Of a DNA stretch of 64,000 nt, positions 51,183-61,599 are shown piece after piece; within the stretch, counting starts at the first letter, position 1, and the number at the start of each line of letters is the position of its first letter. The translations under genes and the position numbers were made by a program. Under the pieces are notes generated by a model. It was not told the DNA's origin, ran no database searches, and worked only from the letters and a program-made list of their open reading frames with translations. This DNA comes from Akkermansia muciniphila (GTDB taxonomy: Bacteria; Verrucomicrobiota; Verrucomicrobiia; Limisphaerales; UBA9464). The stretch covers positions 25 to 64,024 of the forward strand of contig CAMDGV010000018.1 of the NCBI GenBank assembly GCA_945898055.1, given 5' to 3'.

Positions 51183-52865
51183 ATGATTCCAAGTTCACTA
51201 TGGATCCGGTTCCTCAGTTTGTTGTGCTGGAGTGCGATCTCCGCCTTGGCCGCTCGCAAACCAAATATTATTATTATGTTGTCTGATGACATGGGTTTTT
51301 CGGACCTCGGTTGTTATGGCGGAGAAATTTCGACTCCGCACCTCGACGGGTTAGCTCGAGACGGATTACGGTTCACCCAATTTTATAATACTGCGAGGTG
51401 TTGTCCGACCCGAGCGTCGTTGCTCACGGGGCTTCATCCGCACCAGGCTGGGGTGGGGCACATGATGGAAGATCGGCATTTAGGTGGATATCGAGGGCAA
51501 CTGGGCCAAAATTCGGTGACGATTGCTGAGACCTTAAAAGGGGTTGGTTACCGGTCCTATGCGGTGGGCAAGTGGCATGTGACCCCAGGCGAGTCGGTTC
51601 AGGCATTGCTCTCCACGAACAACTGGCCATTGCAACGTGGATTTGATCGTTTTTATGGAACGATCCACGGCGCCGGCAGTTTCTGGGATCCCAGTTCTTT
51701 AGTACGCGACAACCGTCAGATTACCGTGGCGAACGATCCTGAATATCAACCGAGAAGCTTTTACTACACCGATGCCATTGCCGACCAAGCGGCTCGATTT
51801 ATTCGGGAGCACGGACGCGAATCGAACCAAAGACCCTTTTTGCTGTATGTAGCTTTTACTGCGGCGCATTGGCCGATGCACGCCAGGGAGAGCGACATTG
51901 TTCGGCAGAAGGGTCGTTACGCAGTTGGATACAAGGGGATTCATCAAGCGCGCTGGGAAAAACAAAAACAGTTAGGAATTGTTGATTCCACATGGTTACC
52001 GGCACCGATGGCAGCTGAGTGGGATTCCGTGAAGAACCGGCCCTTTGAAGAACGTTGCATGGAGGTATATGCTGCGATGGTCGAGTCTATGGATCAGGGG
52101 ATTGGGCGAATTCTGGGGGCCTTGAAAGAAGGTGGAAGATCGGACAATACGGTGGTGTTCTATCTGCAGGATAATGGGGGATGCGCGGAAGGAATCGGTC
52201 GAGGGACCGGGCCCAGTGGATCCGCCGTTTCTCAGTCTTTGCCTCCGATGACTCCGGAGACACCTCAATTCGGGAGTCAGCCGAAGCAAACCCGCGACGG
52301 ACGACCCGTGCGACAGGGATATGGGGTGATGCCTGGAGCCGACGATACCTATGTGGCCTATGGGCGGGCTTGGGCCGCGGTCAGCAATACTCCCTTTCGA
52401 GAGTACAAACATTGGGTCCATGAGGGAGGAATCAGCACTCCCTTGATTATCCGTTGGCCGATCGGAATCCGAGCCAAAGATAGGAATGGGCTGATACCGG
52501 CACCGGGGCAACTCCCGGATATTCTGGCCACCTGCATCGATTTGGCGGGGGCTCGATATCCGTTGGAATATGGGGGCAACCGGATTACTCCTCTTGAAGG
52601 TACCAGTTTACGACCGTTGCTTGAGGGTCGACGTTTCCGAAGGACTAAGCCGCTAGTTTGGGAGCATGAAGGAAATCGTGCGATACGGCAGGATGAATGG
52701 AAACTAGTAACAAAAGGCGAAAAAGTTTCATGGGAATTGTACAATCTAAGTTCTGACCGAACTGAGTCGCACGACTTAGCTGGAGTGCATCCTGACAAGG
52801 TTCGAGCCCTGACTTTGGAGTGGGAAAAGTGGGCACGCAGAGCAAATGTCCTTCCTAGTCCGTAA
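51183..52865 (+). CDS. Arylsulfatase (Cys-type, formylglycine-dependent)
   Basis: PNIII.LSDDMG, CCPTRASLLTG, GKWH, DNG, HEGGISTP; signal peptide. Confidence 0.93.
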   Translation: MIPSSLWIRFLSLLCWSAISALAARKPNIIIMLSDDMGFSDLGCYGGEISTPHLDGLARDGLRFTQFYNTARCCPTRASLLTGLHPHQAGVGHMMEDRHLGGYRGQLGQNSVTIAETLKGVGYRSYAVGKWHVTPGESVQALLSTNNWPLQRGFDRFYGTIHGAGSFWDPSSLVRDNRQITVANDPEYQPRSFYYTDAIADQAARFIREHGRESNQRPFLLYVAFTAAHWPMHARESDIVRQKGRYAVGYKGIHQARWEKQKQLGIVDSTWLPAPMAAEWDSVKNRPFEERCMEVYAAMVESMDQGIGRILGALKEGGRSDNTVVFYLQDNGGCAEGIGRGTGPSGSAVSQSLPPMTPETPQFGSQPKQTRDGRPVRQGYGVMPGADDTYVAYGRAWAAVSNTPFREYKHWVHEGGISTPLIIRWPIGIRAKDRNGLIPAPGQLPDILATCIDLAGARYPLEYGGNRITPLEGTSLRPLLEGRRFRRTKPLVWEHEGNRAIRQDEWKLVTKGEKVSWELYNLSSDRTESHDLAGVHPDKVRALTLEWEKWARRANVLPSP

Positions 52866-52885
52866 AAAATGACACGGGTGTTTTA

Positions 52886-52912
52886 CCCTCCGCGTCAAAA
52901 AGCAAATTCCTA
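52886..52912 (+). repeat. Dispersed junction repeat, copy 6
   Basis: CCCTCCGCGTCAAAAAGCAAATTCCTA followed by TCAAATTGG. Confidence 0.88.
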
Positions 52913-52940
52913 TCAAATTGGCGCCCCGTTTTTCCGGCCT

Positions 52941-52956
52941 CGGCAAGCGCCTTGCT
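52941..52956 (+). promoter_or_regulatory. Possible sigma54 promoter of the ATP-grasp operon
   Basis: CGGCAAGCGCCTTGCT has correct GG-N10-GC spacing with TTGCT, about 90 nt upstream of ATG 53046. Confidence 0.5.
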
Positions 52957-53045
52957 AAGGGGAAGGCCACGCAGGATCAGTCAAAGCCTTTTGCCTGATT
53001 TTGCTGAGGGAAACCGAATAATAATATTCATCTGTCTGACGCAAT

Positions 53046-54518
53046 ATGACCGCAGTGGTAAAAAAACAACTGAACCAGTTGAGCTTGGATGCAGACGTCG
53101 CCAATGGATTTTTTGACGAGATGTTCGGTCGTGAGGCCAGCACTCTCGATCATTACCAGAAACTGCGCGGCGCGTTCAACCAGATCACCCACGATGATTT
53201 CAAGACCAAGCGCAACTCCGTTGATCTCGCGTTCCTGCGTCAGGGCGTGACTTTCAATGTGTATGGCGATTCGCGCGGGACGGAGCGGATATTCCCGTTC
53301 GACCTCGTGCCGCGCATCATTCCGGCCAAGGAGTGGGAACACATAGAGCGCGGTCTCGTGCAACGGATCACCGCGCTCAATCTTTTCCTCCACGACATCT
53401 ACCACGAGCAACGCATCGTCAAGGACGGCGTCGTGCCGGAGCATTACATCCTTTCGGGAAAACATTTCCGCCGCGAGTTCGTGAACTTCGCCGTGCCCAA
53501 GGATATTTACATCCACGTCTGCGGAACGGACCTAATCCGCGATGACAAGGGGCAATACATGGTGCTGGAGGATAACGGCCGTTGTCCGAGCGGCGTGAGT
53601 TACGTGTTGGAAAACCGGCGCGCGATGAAACGCACGTTTCACGGCTTGTTCGAGAACGTCGGCGTGCGCCCGGTGGAACATTACCCGCAGGAGTTGCTCA
53701 AATCGCTGCAACACATCGCACCCGCTGGCGTGGCCGAGCCGACCATCGCGCTGCTGACGCCCGGCGCGCACAACTCGGCTTATTTTGAACACACATACCT
53801 TGCGCGTCAGATGGGAATCGAGATCGTTGAGGGGCGCGACCTGCTCGTGCGCGACGATCATGTGTTCATGCGGACGACGAAGGGTTTAAGACCGGTGCAT
53901 GTGATCTATCGGCGCATTGATGATGATTTTCTTGATCCCACAGTGTTCCGTCGCGACTCGATGCTCGGCGTGCCCGGGTTGATCCGAGCCTATCGTGCGG
54001 GAAATGTTTCGCTCGCCAATTCCATCGGCACGGGCATCGCCGATGACAAGGTGATGTATTATTTCGTGCCGAAGATGATCGAGTATTACCTCGATCAGAA
54101 ACCGATCATCCCCAACGTACCGACTTACCTCGCGAGCGAGGAGGCGGACATGAAATACATTCTCGCGAATCTCGAAAAGTTGGTGGTGAAAGCCGCCAAT
54201 GAATCCGGCGGGTACGGCATGTTGATGGGGCCAAAGGCGGCGAAGGAGGAGATAGAGGAGTTTCGCAAGCGCATCATTGCCGAACCGCGCAATTACATCG
54301 CGCAGCCGATGATCTCTCTCTCCACGCATCCGACGTATGTGGACGGTGGCTTTGAAGGACGTCACGTAGATTTGCGCCCGTTCATCCTGTGTGGCGAAAA
54401 GACCGTGATTGTACCCGGCGGCTTGACGCGTGTGGCCTTGCGCAAAGGTTCGCTTGTCGTCAATTCCTCTCAAGGCGGTGGTAGTAAAGACACCTGGGTT
54501 TTGTATGGAGACGAATAA
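53046..54518 (+). CDS. Circularly permuted type 2 ATP-grasp protein
   Basis: [64 protein letters not shown]. Confidence 0.95.
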   Translation: MTAVVKKQLNQLSLDADVANGFFDEMFGREASTLDHYQKLRGAFNQITHDDFKTKRNSVDLAFLRQGVTFNVYGDSRGTERIFPFDLVPRIIPAKEWEHIERGLVQRITALNLFLHDIYHEQRIVKDGVVPEHYILSGKHFRREFVNFAVPKDIYIHVCGTDLIRDDKGQYMVLEDNGRCPSGVSYVLENRRAMKRTFHGLFENVGVRPVEHYPQELLKSLQHIAPAGVAEPTIALLTPGAHNSAYFEHTYLARQMGIEIVEGRDLLVRDDHVFMRTTKGLRPVHVIYRRIDDDFLDPTVFRRDSMLGVPGLIRAYRAGNVSLANSIGTGIADDKVMYYFVPKMIEYYLDQKPIIPNVPTYLASEEADMKYILANLEKLVVKAANESGGYGMLMGPKAAKEEIEEFRKRIIAEPRNYIAQPMISLSTHPTYVDGGFEGRHVDLRPFILCGEKTVIVPGGLTRVALRKGSLVVNSSQGGGSKDTWVLYGDE

Positions 54519-55565
54519 ATGTTAAGCCGCGTTGCCAACTCGCTTTACTGGATGTCCCGCTACATTGAGCGGGCTGAAAATGTCGCGCGTCTGCTCGATG
54601 TTAATCTTCAACTGCTGCTCGATTTTCGCAGTCTCGACGACGAAAAACTCCGCGCTCACTGGCTACCCATCGTGCAGACGACTGGCGATCAGGAGTCGTT
54701 CGTCAAACAACATCAGCGCGCCACAGCCGCTGCGGTGGCGGATTTCATGGTGTTCCGTCAGGAGAATCCCAACTCCATCGTTTCCTCCATCTGTAGCGCG
54801 AGAGAAAACGCACGGATGGTCCGCGACCAGATCACGCAGGAGACGTGGGAGGAGTTGAACCGGCTCTATCTCTTCATGCTGTCGCCGCAGGCGCGGCAGA
54901 TGTGGACGGACAGTCCGACGGATTTCTTCAACCAGATCAAGGGCAGCTCTCTTCAGTTGATTGGCCTGAGCGACGCCACTCATATCCACAATGAAGGGTG
55001 GTGGTTCAGCGAGGCAGGGCGTTTCATCGAACGCGCCGACAAGACGTCGCGCATTCTTGATCTGCGTTATCACACGCTGCCCACGCGCGGCCTTCCAAAA
55101 AGTGTGAGCCAGATGGACACGCTCGAATGGTCGGCCGTGTTACGTTCGTGCAGCGGTTGGGATGCGTTCAAATCAATCTATGGCGCGGAGGTTCATCCGC
55201 GTCATGTGGCTGAGTTTCTTTTGTTGAACGAAGATTTTCCGCGCTCCGTCCGGTTTTGCGTCGAGCGGCTCAACGATTCGTTACGCCGCATCTCCGGCGT
55301 CTCCGACCGGCGTTTTTCAAACGACGCGGAAAAGCTCTGTGGTCGCCTCGCGGCGGAGTTGCAATTCTGCACCATTGAGGAAGTCTTCGAGGCTGGATTG
55401 CATGACTATATTGATCAGGTTCAGATCAAGCTGAACAACATCGGGGAGGCTCTTTTCAACGCCTACATCTTCAAGGCATTTGATACCGACGGCGAAGAAC
55501 ATTTCGTGCAGCAAGAGGAACAACAGCAGCAGTTCAAATCGGCAATCGGCAATCGAAAATTCTAA
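54519..55565 (+). CDS. Alpha-E domain protein (DUF403)
   Basis: MLSRVANSLYWMSRYIERAEN.AR, ARENAR..R, G..IERAD.T.R, FPRS. Confidence 0.95.
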   Translation: MLSRVANSLYWMSRYIERAENVARLLDVNLQLLLDFRSLDDEKLRAHWLPIVQTTGDQESFVKQHQRATAAAVADFMVFRQENPNSIVSSICSARENARMVRDQITQETWEELNRLYLFMLSPQARQMWTDSPTDFFNQIKGSSLQLIGLSDATHIHNEGWWFSEAGRFIERADKTSRILDLRYHTLPTRGLPKSVSQMDTLEWSAVLRSCSGWDAFKSIYGAEVHPRHVAEFLLLNEDFPRSVRFCVERLNDSLRRISGVSDRRFSNDAEKLCGRLAAELQFCTIEEVFEAGLHDYIDQVQIKLNNIGEALFNAYIFKAFDTDGEEHFVQQEEQQQQFKSAIGNRKF

Positions 55566-55571
55566 ATCCGG

Positions 55572-58500
55572 ATGTCTATCCACGTCGCGCTTCATCACAA
55601 GACGCACTACAAATACGACCGCCTCGTTACACTTGGCCCACAGGTCGTGCGACTGCGACCAGCGCCGCACGCGCGCACGCGCATCCTGAGCTACTCGCTG
55701 AAGGTTGCGCCCGAAAAGCATTACATCAACTGGCAGCAAGACCCGCAGTCTAACTACGCGGCTCGTCTCGTCTTCGATCAGCCCACGCGGGATTTTTGCG
55801 TCGAAGTGGATTTTGTGGCCGAGATGTCCGTGTTGAATCCGTTCGATTTCTTTCTCGAACCGAACGCCCAGAAATTTCCCTTCGCCTATGATCCGGCGCT
55901 CGACACAGAACTCGCGCCCTTCCAGCGCAAATGCTGGCTCACCCCCAGCTTTTCAAAATATCTGACAGAGTTGCGCCGCGACCTGATGGGTGAAGTTAAA
56001 CGCCGAACCAAGCGGCAGCGGCTGGAGTTGCCTGACAGCGAGAAGCAGCCCACGAACGATTTCCTCGTTGCCATCAACCAGCGGCTTTGGAAGGACATCA
56101 AATACACCATCCGCATGGAGCCCGGCGTGCAGACGCCGGAGGAAACGCTCACGAAGATGAGCGGTTCGTGTCGCGACTCCGCTTGGCTGCAAGTGCAACT
56201 CATGCGGCACTTCGGCCTCGCGGCGCGGTTCGTCAGCGGCTACTTGATCCAGCTCAAGCCCGACGTAAAATCGCTCGACGGCCCGAGTGGTGCGGAAAAA
56301 GATTTCACTGATCTCCACGCCTGGACGGAAGTTTATCTGCCCGGCGGGGGCTGGATCGGACTTGATCCCACTTCCGGTCTGCTCGCGGGCGAAGGTCATA
56401 TTCCACTCGCCTGCACGCCTGATCCTTCGAGTGCCGCGCCCATCAGCGGCGGCGTGGACGAGTGCGAAACGGAGTTCGACTTCGCAATGACGGTGACACG
56501 CGTCCACGAATCGCCGCGCGTCACCAAGCCTTACACCGACGAGCAATGGGGGGAAATTGAGTCGCTCGGCCACTCGATTGATGCCGATCTGAAAAAAGGC
56601 GACGTGCGCCTCACGATGGGCGGCGAGCCGACGTTCGTTTCCGTGGACGATCCTGACGGGCCAGAATGGAACTTCACCGCGATGTCGCACAAAAAGCGCA
56701 CGCTCTCCGGCGACCTCATCAAGCGTCTTCGAAAAAAATTTGCGCCCGGCTCGCTGCTCCACTACGGCCAGGGTAAATGGTATCCAGGCGAACCGCTGCC
56801 GCGATATGCACTTGGCTGTTATTGGCGCAAAGATGGCGTGCCGATTTGGAAGGACGATTCGCTCATCGCCGACGAATCGAAGAATTACGGTCATGGGGCA
56901 AAAGAGGCGAAGGAACTTGCCACACGTCTCGCGAAAACAATTGGCGTTGATCCGAAACATCTGATTCCCGCCTACGAGGACGTGTTTTACTACACTTGGA
57001 AAGAGCGGCGGTTTCCGTCCAACGTCACGCCGGAAAAATCCAATCTCAAGGACAAGCTGGAGCGCGACCGCATCGCGCGGATTTTCCACCAGGGACTTGG
57101 CTCAGTGGTCGGCTACACGCTGCCGATCAAGCGTGCGTCGTTTGGGCAGAAGCAGGGATGGATGTCCGGCTCGCTGTTTTTGCGCGATGACGATACCCTC
57201 TGGCTCATCCCCGGCGATTCCTCGATGGGCCTGCGCCTACCGCTGGATTCCATGCCTTGGGTGGCGGAAAACGATTTTCCGTGGCTGCTGACGCAAGACC
57301 CGTCCGATCCGAATTTGCCGCCGCTCCCGAAAGAATTTCCTTATCGCCAGCAAGTCGTTAGCCGCCGCAACGCGCCGATCCCATCCGGCTACGGGCCCGG
57401 CCAACGGGCGCAACAATTGGAAGATCCGAGCCGCCGTCCTGCGCCGGGCGAATCCGCGCCGTGGATCATTCGCACCGCCCTCTGCGTCGAGCCACGCGAC
57501 GGGCGGCTGCACGTTTTCATGCCGCCAGTGGAGGGGCTGGAAGACTATTTGGATCTTATCGCGGGCATCGAAGCGACGGCTCACGAAACCGGTTTGCCCG
57601 TCGTCATCGAAGGCGAAACTCCGCCGAAAGATCCGCGTCTGAACAAGCTTGGGGTCACGCCTGACCCCGGCGTGATCGAGGTGAACATGCACCCGAGCAA
57701 ATCATGGGACGAACTCGTTGAGCGCACGACCACGCTTTACGAGGAGGCGCGCCAGACGCGGCTCGGCCCGGAAAAATTTATGCTCGATGGCCGGCATACC
57801 GGCACGGGCGGCGGCAATCACATCACACTCGGCGGCGAGACGCCGCAGGATTCGCCGGTGCTGCGCCGGCCCGATCTGCTACGTTCGCTGCTGGCGTATT
57901 GGCAGAATCATCCGTCGTTGAGCTGGCTGTTCAGTGGTCTGTTTGTTGGCCCGACGTCGCAAGCGCCGCGCATTGACGAGGCGCGCAACGATTCGCTTTA
58001 TGAACTCGACGTCGCGTTTAAGGAGTTGGACCGGCAGATCACTACCTTTGGCCAGACGCCGCCGTGGCTGGTGGATCGTCTCTTCCGAAACCTGCTGATT
58101 GATTCCAGTGGCAACACCCATCGGGCGGAGTTTTCCATTGATAAACTTTTCGCGCCGGAAAGCAGCACCGGCCGTCTGGGGCTCGTCGAGATGCGTGCGT
58201 TTGAAATGCCGCCTGACGCGCGCATGAGTCTCGCGCAACACCTCCTACTGCGCGGCCTCGTCTCGAAATTCTGGAACGCGCCGTATAAAAATAATCTCGT
58301 GCGCTGGGGCACGGACATCCACGACCGTTGGATGCTGCCGCACTTCTGCCAAACGGATTTTGCGGATGTTATCAACGATCTGCGCGAGGCTGGTTATCCG
58401 TTTCAAGCCGAATGGTTCGCCCCGCATTTTGAATTCCGTTTCCCGCGGATCGGCGATCTGGAGCAACGCGATTTGCAGATCGAACTCCGCACCGCGCTCG

Positions 58501-58979
58501 AACCGTGGCATGTCCTAGGCGAAGAACCCGGCGGCGGCGGCACGGTGCGCTATGTGGACAGCTCGCTGGAGCGTCTGCAAATCAAGGCGCGTGGGCTTGT
58601 CGGCGACCGCTTCGCCGTCACCTGCAACGGCCATCGGGTGCCGCTGCATCCGACCGGCACGACCGGCGAAGGTGTTGCCGGCGTCCGCTATCGCGCTTGG
58701 CAGCCGCCGATTTGTCTGCAACCTACGATTAGGGTTCACGCGCCGCTGCGATTCGATCTTTACGACACATGGAACCAGCGTTCACTCGGTGGCTGCACCT
58801 ATCACGTTGCTCATCCCGGCGGCCGAAATTCGGATACGTTTCCAGTCAACAGCTACGAAGCCGAATCGCGCCGCCTCGCGCGATTTTTTCGCCACGGTCA
58901 TCAGCAAGGAAAGTTCACGCCACAGCCGCCAACGGTGAACCCGGACTTTCCATTCACGCTGGATTTGCGCAATGTCTGA
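55572..58979 (+). CDS. Transglutaminase-like plus DUF2126 (putative amidoligase) fusion
   Basis: GSCRDSAW, ARFVSGY, DLHAW.EVY.PG.GW.G.DPT (Cys-His-Asp), then MGGEPTFVS, PDPGVIEVN, GTGGGNH, HRAEF.IDK. Confidence 0.93.
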   Translation: MSIHVALHHKTHYKYDRLVTLGPQVVRLRPAPHARTRILSYSLKVAPEKHYINWQQDPQSNYAARLVFDQPTRDFCVEVDFVAEMSVLNPFDFFLEPNAQKFPFAYDPALDTELAPFQRKCWLTPSFSKYLTELRRDLMGEVKRRTKRQRLELPDSEKQPTNDFLVAINQRLWKDIKYTIRMEPGVQTPEETLTKMSGSCRDSAWLQVQLMRHFGLAARFVSGYLIQLKPDVKSLDGPSGAEKDFTDLHAWTEVYLPGGGWIGLDPTSGLLAGEGHIPLACTPDPSSAAPISGGVDECETEFDFAMTVTRVHESPRVTKPYTDEQWGEIESLGHSIDADLKKGDVRLTMGGEPTFVSVDDPDGPEWNFTAMSHKKRTLSGDLIKRLRKKFAPGSLLHYGQGKWYPGEPLPRYALGCYWRKDGVPIWKDDSLIADESKNYGHGAKEAKELATRLAKTIGVDPKHLIPAYEDVFYYTWKERRFPSNVTPEKSNLKDKLERDRIARIFHQGLGSVVGYTLPIKRASFGQKQGWMSGSLFLRDDDTLWLIPGDSSMGLRLPLDSMPWVAENDFPWLLTQDPSDPNLPPLPKEFPYRQQVVSRRNAPIPSGYGPGQRAQQLEDPSRRPAPGESAPWIIRTALCVEPRDGRLHVFMPPVEGLEDYLDLIAGIEATAHETGLPVVIEGETPPKDPRLNKLGVTPDPGVIEVNMHPSKSWDELVERTTTLYEEARQTRLGPEKFMLDGRHTGTGGGNHITLGGETPQDSPVLRRPDLLRSLLAYWQNHPSLSWLFSGLFVGPTSQAPRIDEARNDSLYELDVAFKELDRQITTFGQTPPWLVDRLFRNLLIDSSGNTHRAEFSIDKLFAPESSTGRLGLVEMRAFEMPPDARMSLAQHLLLRGLVSKFWNAPYKNNLVRWGTDIHDRWMLPHFCQTDFADVINDLREAGYPFQAEWFAPHFEFRFPRIGDLEQRDLQIELRTALEPWHVLGEEPGGGGTVRYVDSSLERLQIKARGLVGDRFAVTCNGHRVPLHPTGTTGEGVAGVRYRAWQPPICLQPTIRVHAPLRFDLYDTWNQRSLGGCTYHVAHPGGRNSDTFPVNSYEAESRRLARFFRHGHQQGKFTPQPPTVNPDFPFTLDLRNV

Positions 58980-61599
58980 CTCGTTCGACAAAAAGAACGG
59001 TCGCGATAAGACGCAAATGTTCCAGTCTCAGACGCAATCATCCATCGGAGAAGGCAGTGCCGACAAAAAGGCGCAGCCTTCGCCGACCGGTTTGCTCGCG
59101 AATTGTTTCGCGAGCGACACGGCATTTGATGAGGTGCGAGCCGACGACGGCAAGGTGCGTCCGCATTACGTGAAACTCTTCGGAGCACTGGAGGATTTTA
59201 GCACGGTGGAATTGCGTCGGCGCTCCGAATCCTGCGAGCGTCTCGTGAATGAGCAGGGCATCGCCTACAACGTCTATGGCGACCCGCGCGGCATGGAGCG
59301 TCTGTGGCAACTTGATCCAATCCCGTTCGTCATCGCGCAGGACGAGTGGCGTGCGCTCGAAACTGGCTTGATCCAGCGCGCGACGCTGCTGAACAAGATT
59401 CTCGCCGACTGCTACGGCGCGCAGGAGCTCATCCATTCGCGCTGGCTTTCCCCCGCGATGGTTTTCGGCCAACCGGATTTTCTCCGCCCGTGTCACGGCA
59501 TCAAAGTTCCCGGCGACTCCTTCCTGCATTTCTACGCGGCCGATCTCGTCCGCTCGCCGGACGGGCGCTGGTGGGTCATCTCAGACCGTACGCAGATTCC
59601 AACCGGCGCGGGTTACGCGCTGGCAAACCGCCTTGTAACTTCGCGGATTTTTCCCGAGCCGTTCCGTGACAACAATGTTCAACGCCTCGCTGGATTTTTC
59701 CGCGACGCTCAGAAAAGTCTCGCCCGCCTTTCGCCGCGCGGTGCGGACAATGCCCGCGTGGTCATGCTCACGCCCGGTCCGCACAACGAAACGTATTTTG
59801 AGCAAGCCTACCTCGCGCGCTACCTTGGCTACATGCTTGTCGAGGGACAGGATTTGACCGTGCGCGACAATAGCGTCTGGCTGAAAACTCTGAGCGGCCT
59901 TGAACGTGTGGATGTGATTCTGCGCCGCGTGGATGATGATTTTTGCGACCCTCTGGAACTGCGTAACGACTCAATCCTCGGCGTCCCCGGTCTCGTCGAG
60001 GCCGTTCGTGCGGGCAATGTCGTCATGGCGAACGCGCTCGGCTGCGGATTGGTTCAAAGCCCCGCGTTCATGTCGTTCCTGCCGGGTCTCTGCGAACACA
60101 TTCTAGGTGAGGATTTGAAACTGCCGTCCGTCGCGACGTGGTGGTGTGGGCAGAAAGATGCTCGCAAATACGTCTTAGAAAACCTTGATAAACTGGTTGT
60201 GAAATCTGCGTTCCGCACGCATCTGCGTACGCCTGAGGCAGGCAAGCCATTGAGCGACGAGGAAAGCGAGGACTTGAGGCGGCGCATCGAGTTCGATCCT
60301 GATCTCTTCGTCGCGCAGGAGCGCATCGAACTTTCCGCCGCGCCGTCGTGGGAGAAAAATTTGCTAGTCGCCAAGCCGGTGGGGTTACGCGTTTTCCTCG
60401 TCACGACCGAAAAGGGTTTCAGCGTCATGCCCGGTGGACTCACACGCGTCGCACCAGATGTCAGCGGACGCTTCATTTCGATGCAGCGCGACAGCAGCAG
60501 CAAGGACACTTGGATTCCATCGGAGACCGCGGCAGCGGACGTCTCATTGCTGAATACTAGTGCGCAGAGTGTCGAGCTACGCCGCACCGGAAACAACCTG
60601 CCGTCGCGGCTCGCGGATAACTTCTTCTGGCTCGGCCGCTACTCCGAGCGCGCTGATGCGACGGCGCGGCTGCTGCGCAGTGCTTTGCGGCTGTTCAATC
60701 CTGAACGCACGAGCGGTGCGCAGCCATTGCTCGCGCCACTGCTCCAGACGCTTGAAACGCAGGGTCAGTTGCCGGGCATCTCCAAGAAACCTGAGCTGCG
60801 GCAGAACGCCGAGGCGTTCGAGGCAGAATTGCTCGCGGCTATTTTCGATCCGTCGCGTCCCGGCAGTTTGCGGCAGACGGCGGATCACTTGCAGCGGCTC
60901 GCGATGCTGGTGCGCGACCGAACGTCGAACGACATGTGGCGTGTCCTGAGTCAGCTCAACGACCGGCTCGCGACGCCGACCGCGAGTCTTGTAATCTTGA
61001 GTGGCGACGCCGTGGGTGTGTTGAATCAGACGCTCATGGGGTTGGCGGCATTTCATGGTCTGGCGAGAGAGAACATGACGCGCGCACAGGCGTGGCGCTT
61101 TCTTGACATGGGGCTACGGCTGGAGCGGGCGGTTTATCTTTGCACGCTGCTTGACGCGACATTGCGCTCGCCCGAAGCGGAGAATCCCAGCGTGCTGGAA
61201 GCTGTGCTTGAGGTCGTGGACAGCAGCATCACGTTCCGCTCGCGTTACAATCTGCTCGCCACCGTACCAGCAGTGTTCGACCTCGTGCTGCTCGACGACA
61301 AGAATCCGCGCTCGGTGCTCTTCCAGATCAACCAGCTCGCGAAACATTTCGAGAAGTTGCCGAAGGAGCGCGAGGACGCACCCGGCTCAGGAAAAAATCT
61401 CTTGGCGAAGTGTGCCGCACGGTTGAATCAAACCGACCCGCGTGAACTTGCCAGTCCACGCGGAACTTGGACAAACAGCGAGTTGAGCAAGACCATCAGG
61501 GAAACGATGCGTGCGCTGCCGGAGATTTCCAATGCCATCGCGGCAAATTATTTTGCGCACGCGTCCATCTCGCGCACAGGACGGGGGAGCGAATCGTGA
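58972..61599 (+). CDS. Circularly permuted ATP-grasp plus alpha-E fusion protein
   Basis: W.LDPIP, DRTQ.P.GAGYAL.NR, NETYFEQAYLARYLG, DPLELR.DS.LGVPGL, SKDTW, then LPSR.ADN.FWLGRY.ER, NPRS. Confidence 0.94.
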   Translation: MSDSFDKKNGRDKTQMFQSQTQSSIGEGSADKKAQPSPTGLLANCFASDTAFDEVRADDGKVRPHYVKLFGALEDFSTVELRRRSESCERLVNEQGIAYNVYGDPRGMERLWQLDPIPFVIAQDEWRALETGLIQRATLLNKILADCYGAQELIHSRWLSPAMVFGQPDFLRPCHGIKVPGDSFLHFYAADLVRSPDGRWWVISDRTQIPTGAGYALANRLVTSRIFPEPFRDNNVQRLAGFFRDAQKSLARLSPRGADNARVVMLTPGPHNETYFEQAYLARYLGYMLVEGQDLTVRDNSVWLKTLSGLERVDVILRRVDDDFCDPLELRNDSILGVPGLVEAVRAGNVVMANALGCGLVQSPAFMSFLPGLCEHILGEDLKLPSVATWWCGQKDARKYVLENLDKLVVKSAFRTHLRTPEAGKPLSDEESEDLRRRIEFDPDLFVAQERIELSAAPSWEKNLLVAKPVGLRVFLVTTEKGFSVMPGGLTRVAPDVSGRFISMQRDSSSKDTWIPSETAAADVSLLNTSAQSVELRRTGNNLPSRLADNFFWLGRYSERADATARLLRSALRLFNPERTSGAQPLLAPLLQTLETQGQLPGISKKPELRQNAEAFEAELLAAIFDPSRPGSLRQTADHLQRLAMLVRDRTSNDMWRVLSQLNDRLATPTASLVILSGDAVGVLNQTLMGLAAFHGLARENMTRAQAWRFLDMGLRLERAVYLCTLLDATLRSPEAENPSVLEAVLEVVDSSITFRSRYNLLATVPAVFDLVLLDDKNPRSVLFQINQLAKHFEKLPKEREDAPGSGKNLLAKCAARLNQTDPRELASPRGTWTNSELSKTIRETMRALPEISNAIAANYFAHASISRTGRGSES

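Noticed and set aside
55953-57089. 378-aa antisense ORF and many other shadow ORFs
   Set aside because: They overlap well-supported genes on the opposite strand or in another frame, which is typical of GC-rich coding DNA, and show no motifs.
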